Origin: a virus
Reading direction: 5' to 3' (one strand)
Virus record (IMG/VR): IMGVR_UViG_3300050120_000255
Span: 1 to 64,000 of that record
DNA: 64,000 bases
Both the position numbers and the translations under genes were made by a program. Shown here piece by piece: positions 48,030-58,316 of this stretch; position 1 is the stretch's first letter; the number at the start of each line of letters is the position of its first letter. The notes beneath the pieces are model-generated. The model was not told the DNA's origin, did no database searches, and saw only the letters and a list, made by a program, of their open reading frames with translations.

Positions 48030-48349
48030 AGGAACTTGCCCGCGATGAAGCCGGCAGCGACAGCGAGCGTAAGGAAGACGACGATCTCCCAAACGACGGT
48101 TGACGGCGCCTCGTCATCTGAGCCGGCCTCGAGTTTCTGGTAGAGAACTTCCTCGCCGACGCGCACCGGGATGACAGTGCCGCCCTCAAGGCCGTGTACA
48201 ATTTCGGCTTCAGCAGAAATCCGGGCCCCCTGGCCAAAGATCCCCTCGTGCATGAGGAAGGTGGACAGACTTTCGACGCTGAACGGTGCGCCTTCCAAAT
48301 ATTCCTTGCGGCGCGCGACTTTGGCGTCGTCGGACAGGGTCAGTGCCAT
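48026..48349 (-). CDS. winged-helix-like mini-protein 1 with C-terminal TM anchor
   Basis: GAPFSVESL...IVHGLEGGTV; WEIVVFLTLAVAAGFIAG. Confidence 0.6.
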   Translation of the reverse strand: MALTLSDDAKVARRKEYLEGAPFSVESLSTFLMHEGIFGQGARISAEAEIVHGLEGGTVIPVRVGEEVLYQKLEAGSDDEAPSTVVWEIVVFLTLAVAAGFIAGKFL

Positions 48350-48385
48350 GAAATCGAATCTCCTTTGTGATTTGGTTGCATTGCT

Positions 48386-48414
48386 ATCCTGACGTCTAAT
48401 AGACTAGGAGTCAA
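48386..48414 (-). promoter_or_regulatory. sigma70-like promoter of the wHTH array with operator motif in spacer
   Basis: TTGACT-N17-CAGGAT; CGTCTAATAGAC at 48393-48404. Confidence 0.55.
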
Positions 48415-49122
48415 GTGATAGATAGGTCAGAGACCGATCTTTTTTGGGCCGGTTTGGGCCACGATTTAGGGGTGATTTAGGGGCGCTTTTGTTCGTTAAA
48501 AGTGATCAGAAATGAATCGAGGCTGGCTATTTCACCAAAACAGTCCGGGAAATCGGCCTGATCATGTGTAAAATCAACAATTTAGTCCCGATTTAGCCCT
48601 TAGAGTGACTCGGCCTGTTTGAGGGGCGCCGGCCGCGCGGCGGGACTGGTCGTATCCTGTTGATTTTGCTTCGAAGTCGGTATGCCGGCATCGGCCTCGG
48701 AGAACTTTTCTGTTAACCCGGATTTGGAGAACTCCGGGGTAAAAAATCCGAGGGGGAGTATCTTATTGAAACTATTTTGTAAAATAGGATTGGGATGGCC
48801 TAGAATAAAAATCAGGGCCTGTTTGACCGCATTGATCGCTAAGTCATTGGCACTATTTTGTACAATTGGGTTTGGGAGGTCGCGAGGAAAAATTGGGTAA
48901 ATAGGGTATCCACGGCGCCCAATCCGATCGATTCAAACGCCTTGCCCTCCTCGAGCCGCGTGTCGCTCGATATCGGCTTGCCTTCATCGAACAGGTATAT
49001 CTATCTATCCTATCACGTCTTTGTGATAACAAACGTGTTCCTAACCATCGAATAGATAGTGACACAATGCGCATAACAAAATACGGTCTATCTTGTAGCA
49101 ACGAACGAAGCGAGCAAAGACA

Positions 49123-52100
49123 ATGAACGGCATGTTTCAAGCACTCTGCCCGGATAGCCGAAGCATATTGGCAAGCATCTACATGAACATAGAAGTTTGG
49201 CAGGACTGGTTAGACTTTCTCGCCGTCATTGACAAGCGCGGATATGGTGACTTCATGTCTTTCGCGGAATGGTGCGGTGTAGAGCCGTACCGCGCCGACA
49301 CTGGTATAATTTGGTGCTAATCCTATCATCACATCTAACAGGAGCGACTCCCATGCTTATTTCAGACAACAATGAACCGGCTACTATCCATGATTTGGAC
49401 AAGGCGCGCAGAGCCGCAAACCTTGCGCGACATGAGATAGTTAAGCGCCAGTCTGAACAACGCGCCCATGATCGTCGCACCGTTGCGGAATATCGTGACG
49501 GACGCAAAGCACGCCGCTTCGCTGGATCACTCTTTATCATCGAGGATTGATCTATCAGTACAGCGCATAGCACGCGCTGTATCAATGGATCAATTCCGAT
49601 CTAACAGGATGACCGGCTATGGCGCAGAAACTTGACACTTTGACGGTTTGGAATTTTGAGACTGCCCGCTTCACAATCGCCTTGGAAATCGATTACCTCG
49701 ATTACTTCACCTATGACGGCGACGACGAAGGCGGCGAGATTCAAGCTAATTTACGAAAAGGTGATTACGTAGCGTTCGATTCGCAAGTTGTTGTTTATCT
49801 GGATGGTCAAGAAATCGGGTTTGCTTCGCTTGGCGGTTCGATCTATGCCCGGAACGAAGTAAGCGACTTTTGGACGGCTCATCGCGACCCGGACCCAATG
49901 AATCGCAATTGCTCGACCATGCGCGCGGCGCGCGGCGAAAATTGCTCAGTCGGCCACTATTTCCCCGACATGATTCGCGAAGCGGTTGCGGGGGCGCGCA
50001 AAGCTTTGCGCGCCCGCCCCGCTATTCGTGCGAACGCCGCGTGACCGGCGCCGCGATCAAGGCGCACGCGCAGCGCGGTGGAATGCAGCTAGCTGAAGTC
50101 AAGCGCTTAATGCGCACAAACGACAACTGCAAAGCGACAAAGTTTTTGCAGTTTTGGCGCAACCGGCCGGACGCCAAGTTTGGCGACGCCTGGAGCGCAT
50201 ACCAAGATCAACATCTTAGAGAGAAAGGATTCTGACATGACCATTATCAGTCAGGGCAAACGATTCGAGTTAATTTCATACGGCAACGGCGCGGCCTATT
50301 GCTTGCGCGACAAGCCTGCCAAAATGTCAATCGTCACGCAATACGGCGACGACTCGGCCGTTTTCCGCAATGACTTTGACGCTATCGAATCGGCTCGGCC
50401 GGATGATCCAAACGACTCGGTACTAGGCGAACTTTGGGACTGGTACGGCGACGTAGCGCAGGAGGATTAGTTGAACTATTTTGTTCAAACCGGCTCCCCG
50501 TCTATTGCATGTTCGAACAGATTTGGTACTATCCATCCGATGAAACGCAAATGAGGGATAGGAAGATGACTAAGCGCAAGAATGTCGAGGAATTTTCCGA
50601 GTCCCTCGACGGGCGCAGGCACAAGGCGGATGACAAATGGCTGCGGCGCATGGATGCCCGCGACCAAGACATAAAGACCCTCGGCCAACTCTGCCGCAAC
50701 GGAGCCACGATTTATTATTCCTTCGCGGTCGGCGGGAAATACCTCGAAAGCGCTAACCCTTACGACCTAGTTTGACCTCTCACAAGGCGGCGTTCGCGCC
50801 GTCTTCACAACCAAACGAGGATACGGATATGACAAACGAAGCCAACAACACCAAGACGGTTCGTGACTTCCAAGACTCCGCCTCGGCTCGCGCTGCCAGC
50901 TTCTCTTCCCTTCAATGGCTGCGCGCTTTCACCGTCGAAGAGCACGCTGAGCGCATTCGTATCAGCCAAGATCAACCCAAATGGTTTGATAATGCCGAAT
51001 GACCATTCACAAGGCGGCGTTAGTCGCCGCCTCAATGAGTGATCCACTAGCAAATCAAGGATATGAAGATGAAATATTACGTCAAGGCCAATATTGACGA
51101 GAGGGGGCGGGTTCTAGGCTACGGTGTTTATTTCGAGCCAGTGAAACAACCGGGAATAAACGTTGAGGTTGATGCAGGCTATTTCGAGGTTCGCGGAAAG
51201 CAAACCGCCGCAATTGCGTTGTACCTCGCTAACATGCTGCGCGACGATCTAAACAAACAAATTGCCTGACCATTCATCACTGCAACCGAAACTAAGGGAA
51301 CAGAAAATGACTAAGTGGGCATATATTGTCACTGACATGCCTGTGACATACAGTAGACATACCATCCGAAGGGAACACGGTCATGATAAACAGCATCCAA
51401 TCCTACAACATCGATAAGGACGATGACGCCTCGGCTTGGGGCGCTAGCCTCGGTCTTGGTAATGCGATGTTTAAGGAAGTTCCGGTCGGCGCGCCCTTCC
51501 GGTTCGCATCAAGCGAGCAACGTTTCATCAAGACGCGCACGGGCTACAAGCAGCCGGGCATTCCGCATGAATTTAAAACCGGCGCGCGTACTGCGGTATT
51601 TTTGATCTAAGCGGCACGATAATTAGGACATGACGCCAATACTAAACATAATTGTTCAAACAGATTTGTAATTTGGCGAACGGGACAAATCGAACTTTTC
51701 TGCCCGTTTTGGACGTTTCGCGCGCTTTGGACGATGAAACAAACATGCTCTAACAGTTTTGTTCTTTCCGAAATGGGTTGCCGGATTGAGGCCGAATCGC
51801 CCCCTATATGCTCTGTACCGATCGGTCCACTCTGTACCGATCGGTTTAACACATGACCGCGATGCGATCGATTGGTAATCGAATAGTGGTATATTTATCA
51901 CAGAATTGCACTGAAATAGATTCCCCCTATCATATCCTAATACACAATCGTTTTTACAGATGATCGGAGTCAGATTGAAGCACAAAATTGGCATTTGTTG
52001 GAACGGCGCGGTACGCCATGGCGGCATGAAAACTCGTTATCTTGTCGGGCGTTCGCCTTCGATCGGCTTTCAATGGCCTTGGCGCGGACCGTGGCATTTC

Positions 52101-52238
52101 TGGCTATCTTACATGCCTAAATTGTCCGCTCCGTTCCCCTCGCAGATTGACGCGGCGCAAGCGGCGGTTGATTCCGGCCTGGAATTATCCGAACCTAAGA
52201 ATCCGAAGGCGAGTCATAGGCATGGGCGCCGACATTGA
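49123..52238 (+). other. cluster of small early hypothetical genes (49123-49320, 49353-49550, 49619-50044, 50041-50235, 50237-50470, 50566-50775, 50829-51002, 51063-51269, 51383-51610, 52026-52238)
   Basis: co-oriented short ORFs, most with RBS, separated by hairpins and promoters. Confidence 0.6.
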
Positions 52239-52249
52239 GGAGTCAAACT

Positions 52250-52483
52250 TTGGCCGAAAACGTCGATAACCTAGTGCTAGAGCATCTTCGTCATATTCGC
52301 GCGTCTCAAGATCGCCTTGAAACGCGTATGGATGACCTAACGACTCGCGTCGGGCGAATCGAAACCGGCATAGCGCAATTAGGCGTGACGCTGGCGGAGC
52401 ATTCGATCCGCTTCGATCATATCGAGACGCGTATTTCGCGGATCGAAAAGCGCCTGGAATTGTCCGAGGCGCTGCCGAGATAG
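52250..52483 (+). CDS. conserved coiled-coil hypothetical protein
   Basis: NLVLEHLRHIRA...RISRIEKRLEL; GAGGAG RBS before TTG. Confidence 0.7.
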   Translation: MAENVDNLVLEHLRHIRASQDRLETRMDDLTTRVGRIETGIAQLGVTLAEHSIRFDHIETRISRIEKRLELSEALPR

Positions 52484-52601
52484 ATGTTGCTGATATGCCA
52501 CGGGCATTCGGAAACGAGGGGGGAGATTTCAAAACGATTATGCCTTTTGATTTAAAATCTGCTTTTGTTGCGCGGATTTTATCCTTTGAAAGGAATCTAT
52601 T

Positions 52602-52988
52602 TTGAATAAATTTTTCTTAGTTTCCGCGTATGCTCTGGCATTGGCCGGATGCGCGACGGCCCCGCCAGTGTTTTGGGTCCGAACGGACGGCCAAAGAGTC
52701 GGCAACAGTCCCGCGCTACAGCAACAAATATCGATTGATAAAACCATATGCGCAGGCGAGTCACAAAAAGCGAATCTATCTGCGGGGACAAATTATCTCG
52801 GCGGCTTTGCGGGCGGATTCGAGGCCGTTCGCCGCGATCAAGCTGCCGGGGAGGTCACTAAAGGTTGCATGGCCGAAAAAGGCTATCTCTTAGTTCAAGC
52901 GGATCAAGCGGAACAAACTTCCGAAGCTTTTGCGGCCACGCAAAAGGATAGGCCGAGGCCGCCCAACCCCACCGCACCCCAACACTAG
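52602..52988 (+). CDS. lipoprotein (moron-like)
   Basis: lipobox LAGC; CMAEKGY. Confidence 0.75.
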   Translation: MNKFFLVSAYALALAGCATAPPVFWVRTDGQRVGNSPALQQQISIDKTICAGESQKANLSAGTNYLGGFAGGFEAVRRDQAAGEVTKGCMAEKGYLLVQADQAEQTSEAFAATQKDRPRPPNPTAPQH

Positions 52989-53657
52989 GACGCTCGCAGG
53001 CCGCCGGCAGTAGCCTAAAGCCTCCAATGTACCGCGCGGAACCGATTCGGCCGCCAGACCCCCGTTTCCGCCGGATTCTGACCCTACCCTTTGGCTCGCT
53101 CCGTATCGATTCGTCTGATAGGTCCGATTCCTATCCGATACGTCCGACTTTTTCCGCCGCGCCCTATCAGTTCGCCGCGATCATCAATCCCAATTGAGCC
53201 ATTGCCCCCGTTCAATGCGCCCGCGTCTCCCTTGCGTCCTAATCGTCACGCCTTGGCCTGGATGATCTTGTGCGCCCTATTGCCGCCTGGCCGCTCCTAG
53301 CCGCCCCCTAGCCTAACTCCGCCGCTCGATTGGGTTTGATGGAAAGAGACGGACCCCGACCAACGGGGAGCGGGGCTGTCTCCCTTATTCCTTCAATCCT
53401 TAATCTGACGCGGCCTTGCGAACATTTTTGTAATTATTTTCATCAAACAGACGTTCTATCTGTTGACTCCTCTAATAGACGCGCATACTAAGAAAGCATG
53501 GGTAATGGTCGTTCTATACGGGGATCACCTAAAGGTTCCCCCGATAGAACTCCTACCCTCCTTCTAAGTGTCCTCTAGGATTCGCGCGCGATATGTAAAG
53601 CCACACTAACACCTTAACGAACAGATAAGTTTCAATCTAATAGAGCGAGAAACAAAA

Positions 53658-53915
53658 ATGGCAAAGCTTCTAACAATAGACGAAATGGTTTTATGCCTTC
53701 GCGAGATTGACTTCGATCAGGCCGACAGATTTGCCCGAACCTTCGAAACGCTGGCCACTGAGCTAGGGGAGGCAATCGCAACACAGCTTGGCGTAAGCTG
53801 CGGCGAGGGTATTTTCGATGAGGGTGGGGTAATGGTCGCCTTTGCGCCGAAAAACGAAAATGACCCCTGCCCGGCCGCCCTTGAGCCTTTCGACCAGAGC
53901 GCAGATTGGGACTAG
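53658..53915 (+). CDS. acidic hypothetical protein
   Basis: preceded by repeated leader. Confidence 0.65.
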   Translation: MAKLLTIDEMVLCLREIDFDQADRFARTFETLATELGEAIATQLGVSCGEGIFDEGGVMVAFAPKNENDPCPAALEPFDQSADWD

Positions 53916-53979
53916 CCGTCGCGTCGATCTAACCGATCATCGAACAGATTAGTTCAATCTAATAGAGCGAGAAACAAAA

Positions 53980-54237
53980 ATGAACATTTTCCTTTTGACC
54001 GCTGAACACTTCGAAATTCCGGGCCTGATCCAGCGGGCCTTCCATTCGGAGCTCGGCGCGGATGCGGAAGCGGCCGAACTGGTCAACCTCATGGTGGGTG
54101 ACTCGGACGACTCCGAAGTCGGCGAAAAGCCCGCGCCCTCGACTGCGGCGAACTGGGATACCGCGCTGGAATGGCTTCAAGGCATCCACGGCGCCGCCCA
54201 TTGCTACGTCGAAGTTTCTTCCTTGGCGGTGCTCTAG
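53980..54237 (+). CDS. acidic hypothetical protein (paralogue of 56034-56300)
   Basis: AEHF.I.G.I.RAF.SE...WL...HGAAHCYV. Confidence 0.7.
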   Translation: MNIFLLTAEHFEIPGLIQRAFHSELGADAEAAELVNLMVGDSDDSEVGEKPAPSTAANWDTALEWLQGIHGAAHCYVEVSSLAVL

Positions 54238-54287
54238 CACTTCAACGAATAGATTAGTTCAATCCATCACATAAGGAATCAGAAAAC

Positions 54288-55586
54288 ATGAAATTCCAGA
54301 TTAACGCCAAATGCCTCGCCACCGCCCTCGCCGCCTCTTGCAAGATTGCCGACAAGCGCGGACATTCCCCGGTTTTGACCATGATCAAGGTCACGGCGCG
54401 CGCATCCTGCATCGAGCTTACCGCCACGGATCTTGACGTGTGCCAGACGGTCCGCGTTCCTGCGGACGTCCAGACCCAAGGCGTGACTCTTCTCCCTGCG
54501 CATTCGCTTCTAGCCTTCGTTAAGTCGCTTCCGGTTAGCGGAACGATGCAGCTTGAAACCGTCGAGACGGAAAAGGATTACCACGGCGCTGCGCAACGTG
54601 ATGGCGCCGCCCTCCATATGAGCGATGGCAAATGGCGCTTTGCAGGCAAGCACAAAGCGGAATGCTCCGACAGCGAAACGAGCGGCGAAGCGGCGAAGAA
54701 ATATTGCGAGCTTGCAAACATCGGTCCGGACTCAAAGGGAGTCGCAACGGTTTCTTGCGGCTCGGCGCGCCTCAACCTGAATTATGGCGCTATCGGCGAT
54801 TGGCCGGAGTTTAAAGGCCTTCCTATGGACTGCGCAGCGTTCGAACTTGCCGCGCCTGATTTCCTTAATGCTCTTGACCGGACAACCTTCGCGATATCGA
54901 GCGAAGAAACCCGATACTATTTGAACGGCATTTTTCTACACGTGACCGAAGGTCTTTTACGCCTGGTCGCGACGGACGGTCACAGAATGGCGATTGCTGA
55001 TTTACCGGCGCCTGCGATCGAAGGAATGTTTCCCGCTGTCATCGTGCCACGGCTCGCGGTTGAAAACCTGAATCGTTTGCTCAAAAAGGTAACGGCGCCG
55101 GTTCGCGTTGCGATCTCTGGTCCGCAATCGACCTGGACAATCGAAGCGCGCGACGGAACCGTCACAACGTTCGAGACGAAGCATATTGATGGAACCTTCC
55201 CGGACTATAGCCGAGTTGTTCCCAGCGCAAACGACAAGTTTGCCACGATTGACCGCGCCGCTTTTTCCGACGCCGTTAAGCGGATCTCGTCGGGATTGCG
55301 CGGCTCCCAGTCTCGCGGCTCTGCGTTGAAACTCCTTTTCAGCCAAGGTGAGCTTAAAATTTCGCGCACAAATGCCGATATAGGCAACGCCTCCGAAAGC
55401 CTGCCTTGCGATTTCGACGCGTTCCCTTTGGAAATCGGTTTCAACGCAATGTATCTCGCCGACGCGATCGAAGCGACGGACGGTCAAGACGTGCTTTTGT
55501 CCTTGTATGATCCCGGATCGCCAACCTTGATTGCCGCCCGTCGCGGCGCCTCTAATCGTTCCGTCCTCATGCCAATGCGCATCTGA
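54288..55586 (+). CDS. dnaN: DNA polymerase III beta-clamp homologue with insertion
   Basis: LTATDLD, FAISSEETRYYLNGIFLH, VATDGHRM, IDGTFPDYSRV, IGFNA.YL, VLMPMRI. Confidence 0.9.
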   Translation: MKFQINAKCLATALAASCKIADKRGHSPVLTMIKVTARASCIELTATDLDVCQTVRVPADVQTQGVTLLPAHSLLAFVKSLPVSGTMQLETVETEKDYHGAAQRDGAALHMSDGKWRFAGKHKAECSDSETSGEAAKKYCELANIGPDSKGVATVSCGSARLNLNYGAIGDWPEFKGLPMDCAAFELAAPDFLNALDRTTFAISSEETRYYLNGIFLHVTEGLLRLVATDGHRMAIADLPAPAIEGMFPAVIVPRLAVENLNRLLKKVTAPVRVAISGPQSTWTIEARDGTVTTFETKHIDGTFPDYSRVVPSANDKFATIDRAAFSDAVKRISSGLRGSQSRGSALKLLFSQGELKISRTNADIGNASESLPCDFDAFPLEIGFNAMYLADAIEATDGQDVLLSLYDPGSPTLIAARRGASNRSVLMPMRI

Positions 55587-55663
55587 CAAAAGCGGCGCGG
55601 GATTGCCCCGCGCCTCTTACCCGCCTGCCACCCCTTTCCATCGAACGCATGAGGCTTCAGACC

Positions 55664-55963
55664 ATGGCAACTTATACCGGAAAAATCACAACGACTCGCC
55701 TGGGCAAATCGAACGGCCGCGAGGTCTTGATTATCGACTTTCGGAAAACCCCCTCTAAGCCGTTTGAGGCGGCAAGCCTTAAAGGCATCATCGAAGCGAT
55801 TGCGGCCTTCGCGAAAGAGCTTGAAGCCGAGCCGGAAGCCTACAAAACATCGGTTAGCCTCGCGAGAGGCGTCCGCGCCCCGGCCGGGTTCAATGCCCTC
55901 AATGCGCAATATTCCGGCGAGCTTAGCCTCAACATCAACGCGCATTTGGCGCCGGAATGGTAA
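55664..55963 (+). CDS. hypothetical protein
   Basis: GAGG RBS. Confidence 0.55.
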   Translation: MATYTGKITTTRLGKSNGREVLIIDFRKTPSKPFEAASLKGIIEAIAAFAKELEAEPEAYKTSVSLARGVRAPAGFNALNAQYSGELSLNINAHLAPEW

Positions 55964-56033
55964 GCGCGGTTTGTTTTCCTGCCAATTCTAATTTTCCAAT
56001 CCGTTCAACACTCTATCACATGGGACTATAGAC

Positions 56034-56300
56034 ATGACTAAGCAAGAGGTTTGGATTTTAGAAGCCGAGCATTTCAACATAGATGGGCGCATCGCGCGCG
56101 CGTTCGGCTCCGAGGCTGCCGCAAATCGCGAAGCTGTGAAGTTAATCAATGGACTGCTCGACGAAACAGATTGCAGCGAAAAACCCGCGCATACGACCGA
56201 CGATGAGGAATCCATGAGCGCAACCGCCGAATGGTTGGAGAACTATCACGGCGCAGCGCATTGCTACGTGCGGGTGGTCTCGGCACAAATCGAGGCATGA
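56034..56300 (+). CDS. acidic hypothetical protein (paralogue of 53980-54237)
   Basis: shared motifs with 53980-54237. Confidence 0.7.
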   Translation: MTKQEVWILEAEHFNIDGRIARAFGSEAAANREAVKLINGLLDETDCSEKPAHTTDDEESMSATAEWLENYHGAAHCYVRVVSAQIEA

Positions 56301-56360
56301 CTATTCACAGAACGGCGTCCGCGCCGTCTCCGCACTCTATCACATGAGGTAGCAGACAAC

Positions 56361-58316
56361 ATGACATCATTCACCGCCACGTACAGCCCGGAAGACAACA
56401 AGCTTCGCCTTTACGCAAGCACTCGCCTCGACGCTGAAACCTATGCGCGCGTCAAGGCCGCTGGATTCAAATGGGCGCCGAAGCAAGATTTGTTTGTTGC
56501 GCCGATGTGGACTCCCAGCCGTGACGATTTGCTAACCGAGCTGGCCGGAGAAATCGAAGACGAAGACAAAAGCCTTATCGAGCGCGCGACCGAGCGCGCG
56601 GACCGCTTCGACGATTACAGCGACAGCCGCGCGGCCGACGCCGAAAGCGCGCGCAAGGCGGTTTCCACGATCGCGGATCATATCCCCTTTGGTCAACCTA
56701 TTCTCATCGGACACCATTCCGAAAAGCGCGCGCGCAAGGATGCGGAGCGCATTGATAGCGGAATGCGCCGCGCCGTGAAGATGTGGGAAACGTCCGAATA
56801 TTGGCAGAGCCGCGCCGCTGGCGCCTTAGCCGCCGCGAAATACAAAGAACTGCCAGCGGTCCGCGCGCGCCGGATCAAGACGCTTGAAGCGGAAATGCGT
56901 TCGCATCAGCGCGACGTGGCCCTGGCCACAAAGTTCCTTGCCGCTTGGTCGATCCAAGACCTATCGCTTGACCAGGCGCGTCGGATTGTGAACGGCGGTG
57001 ATTGCTGGCTTACGGTTGAACGGAACGAGGCAAACCCATATGGGCGTACCGCCTATGACGTGTTGCGCGAGCAGGAAGACGGTTCAACGTTTTGGACTGT
57101 CGCCCAAGTTGTCGAGGTCGCGTTGCGCGTTTACCCCGCGACGATCGCCCACGCGCAGCGCTGGATTTCCCATTATGAAAACCGGCTGATTTACGAAAAG
57201 GCGATGCTTGACGAACAAGGCGCAAGCGATTTGATCGCGAAAAAGCCGCGTCCGAAGCAATTGCCGCTTTTGAACTATGAGGCCGAATCCTTCCTCGTGG
57301 CTTGCCTTTATCAAAGGGGTGAATTTGAGACGTTGAAACAGGTCCGGCTTACAGCCGAGCAATACCAATCGATTCCCGACGAAATGCGCGGAACTCGCGA
57401 GATCGAAAAGTCGCACCGCATCCGCGTTGCCCGCATCGAGTTTGACGATGCAGGAAAACTGAAGCGCTGGCCCTCTTTTAAGGCCGCATTGATGGCGGTT
57501 TTCTTGACGGACAGCAAATTCCACCCAAAGCCCGACGCGCCGAAGGCTGAAACGCCAGCGGCGGCCAAGGAACCCGATCGAGACGTTCCCGCGCCCATGC
57601 CCCCACGCGAATTCGTTGCCGCGACGCGCGAGCCGTTAGCCGAAAGCCGCGAGGCATTCCGTGCGATGGCTGCAAGCCTAAAGGCCGGTGTGTCCGCGCC
57701 CGCGCTCACCCCCACGCGCGAATTCGCTGCCGCGACGCGCGAGCCGTTAGCCGAAAGCCGCGAGGCATTCCGCGCGATGGCCGCAAGCCTAAAGGCCGGT
57801 GTGCAAGTTGTTGTGGCGCCGCAACTGTTCCCGACTTCGGAGGACATCGCGGCCGAAATGGTAGAGCTTGCGGAAATCAATCCGGGACACCGAGTCCTTG
57901 AGCCTTCGGCCGGAACCGGCAACATCATCAAAGCGATGCAAGAAACGTCGCCGGGCCTGAATATTTGGGCGATTGAGACCGTTCCGCGACTCGCGTCTGC
58001 CTTGAGCCAAAAATTCCCAGACGTTCGAGTCCGTGAGGATGATTTCTTGAGTTGGATTGATCACGGGCTTTTTGACCGCATCGTGATGAACCCGCCTTTT
58101 GAGAATGGCGCGGATATCAAACATATTCGGTACGCCGCAAGTATGTTGGCGCCTGGCGGCCGATTGGTTGCCTTGTGTGCCAACGGTCCGCGCCAACAAA
58201 TCCAATTGAAGCCGCTCGCATCGGAATGGCGCGACCTTCCGGCTGGATCGTTCAAGGCCCCAGGAACCGGCGTAAATGTGGCCATGCTGGTTATCGATCG
58301 GCCGGAGGCTCAATAA
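56361..58316 (+). CDS. DUF3560 domain fused to an amino (N6-adenine-type) methyltransferase
   Basis: ATYSPEDNKLRLY, GQPILIGHHSEKRARKD; LFPT, LEPSAGTG, MNPPF. Confidence 0.9.
   Translation: MTSFTATYSPEDNKLRLYASTRLDAETYARVKAAGFKWAPKQDLFVAPMWTPSRDDLLTELAGEIEDEDKSLIERATERADRFDDYSDSRAADAESARKAVSTIADHIPFGQPILIGHHSEKRARKDAERIDSGMRRAVKMWETSEYWQSRAAGALAAAKYKELPAVRARRIKTLEAEMRSHQRDVALATKFLAAWSIQDLSLDQARRIVNGGDCWLTVERNEANPYGRTAYDVLREQEDGSTFWTVAQVVEVALRVYPATIAHAQRWISHYENRLIYEKAMLDEQGASDLIAKKPRPKQLPLLNYEAESFLVACLYQRGEFETLKQVRLTAEQYQSIPDEMRGTREIEKSHRIRVARIEFDDAGKLKRWPSFKAALMAVFLTDSKFHPKPDAPKAETPAAAKEPDRDVPAPMPPREFVAATREPLAESREAFRAMAASLKAGVSAPALTPTREFAAATREPLAESREAFRAMAASLKAGVQVVVAPQLFPTSEDIAAEMVELAEINPGHRVLEPSAGTGNIIKAMQETSPGLNIWAIETVPRLASALSQKFPDVRVREDDFLSWIDHGLFDRIVMNPPFENGADIKHIRYAASMLAPGGRLVALCANGPRQQIQLKPLASEWRDLPAGSFKAPGTGVNVAMLVIDRPEAQ
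57601..57803 (+). repeat. 111-bp (37-aa) tandem duplication in the MTase linker
   Basis: REF(V/A)AATREPLAESREAFRAMAASLKAGV x2. Confidence 0.9.

Noticed and set aside
52990-53400. ORF 53091-53300 or ncRNA
   Set aside because: Pro-rich, no RBS, no recognisable structure; left unannotated.
50773-56363. CRISPR array or integron attC array
   Set aside because: Repeats are irregularly spaced and separated by whole genes; no cas or intI gene and no RYYYAAC/GTTRRRY boxes.
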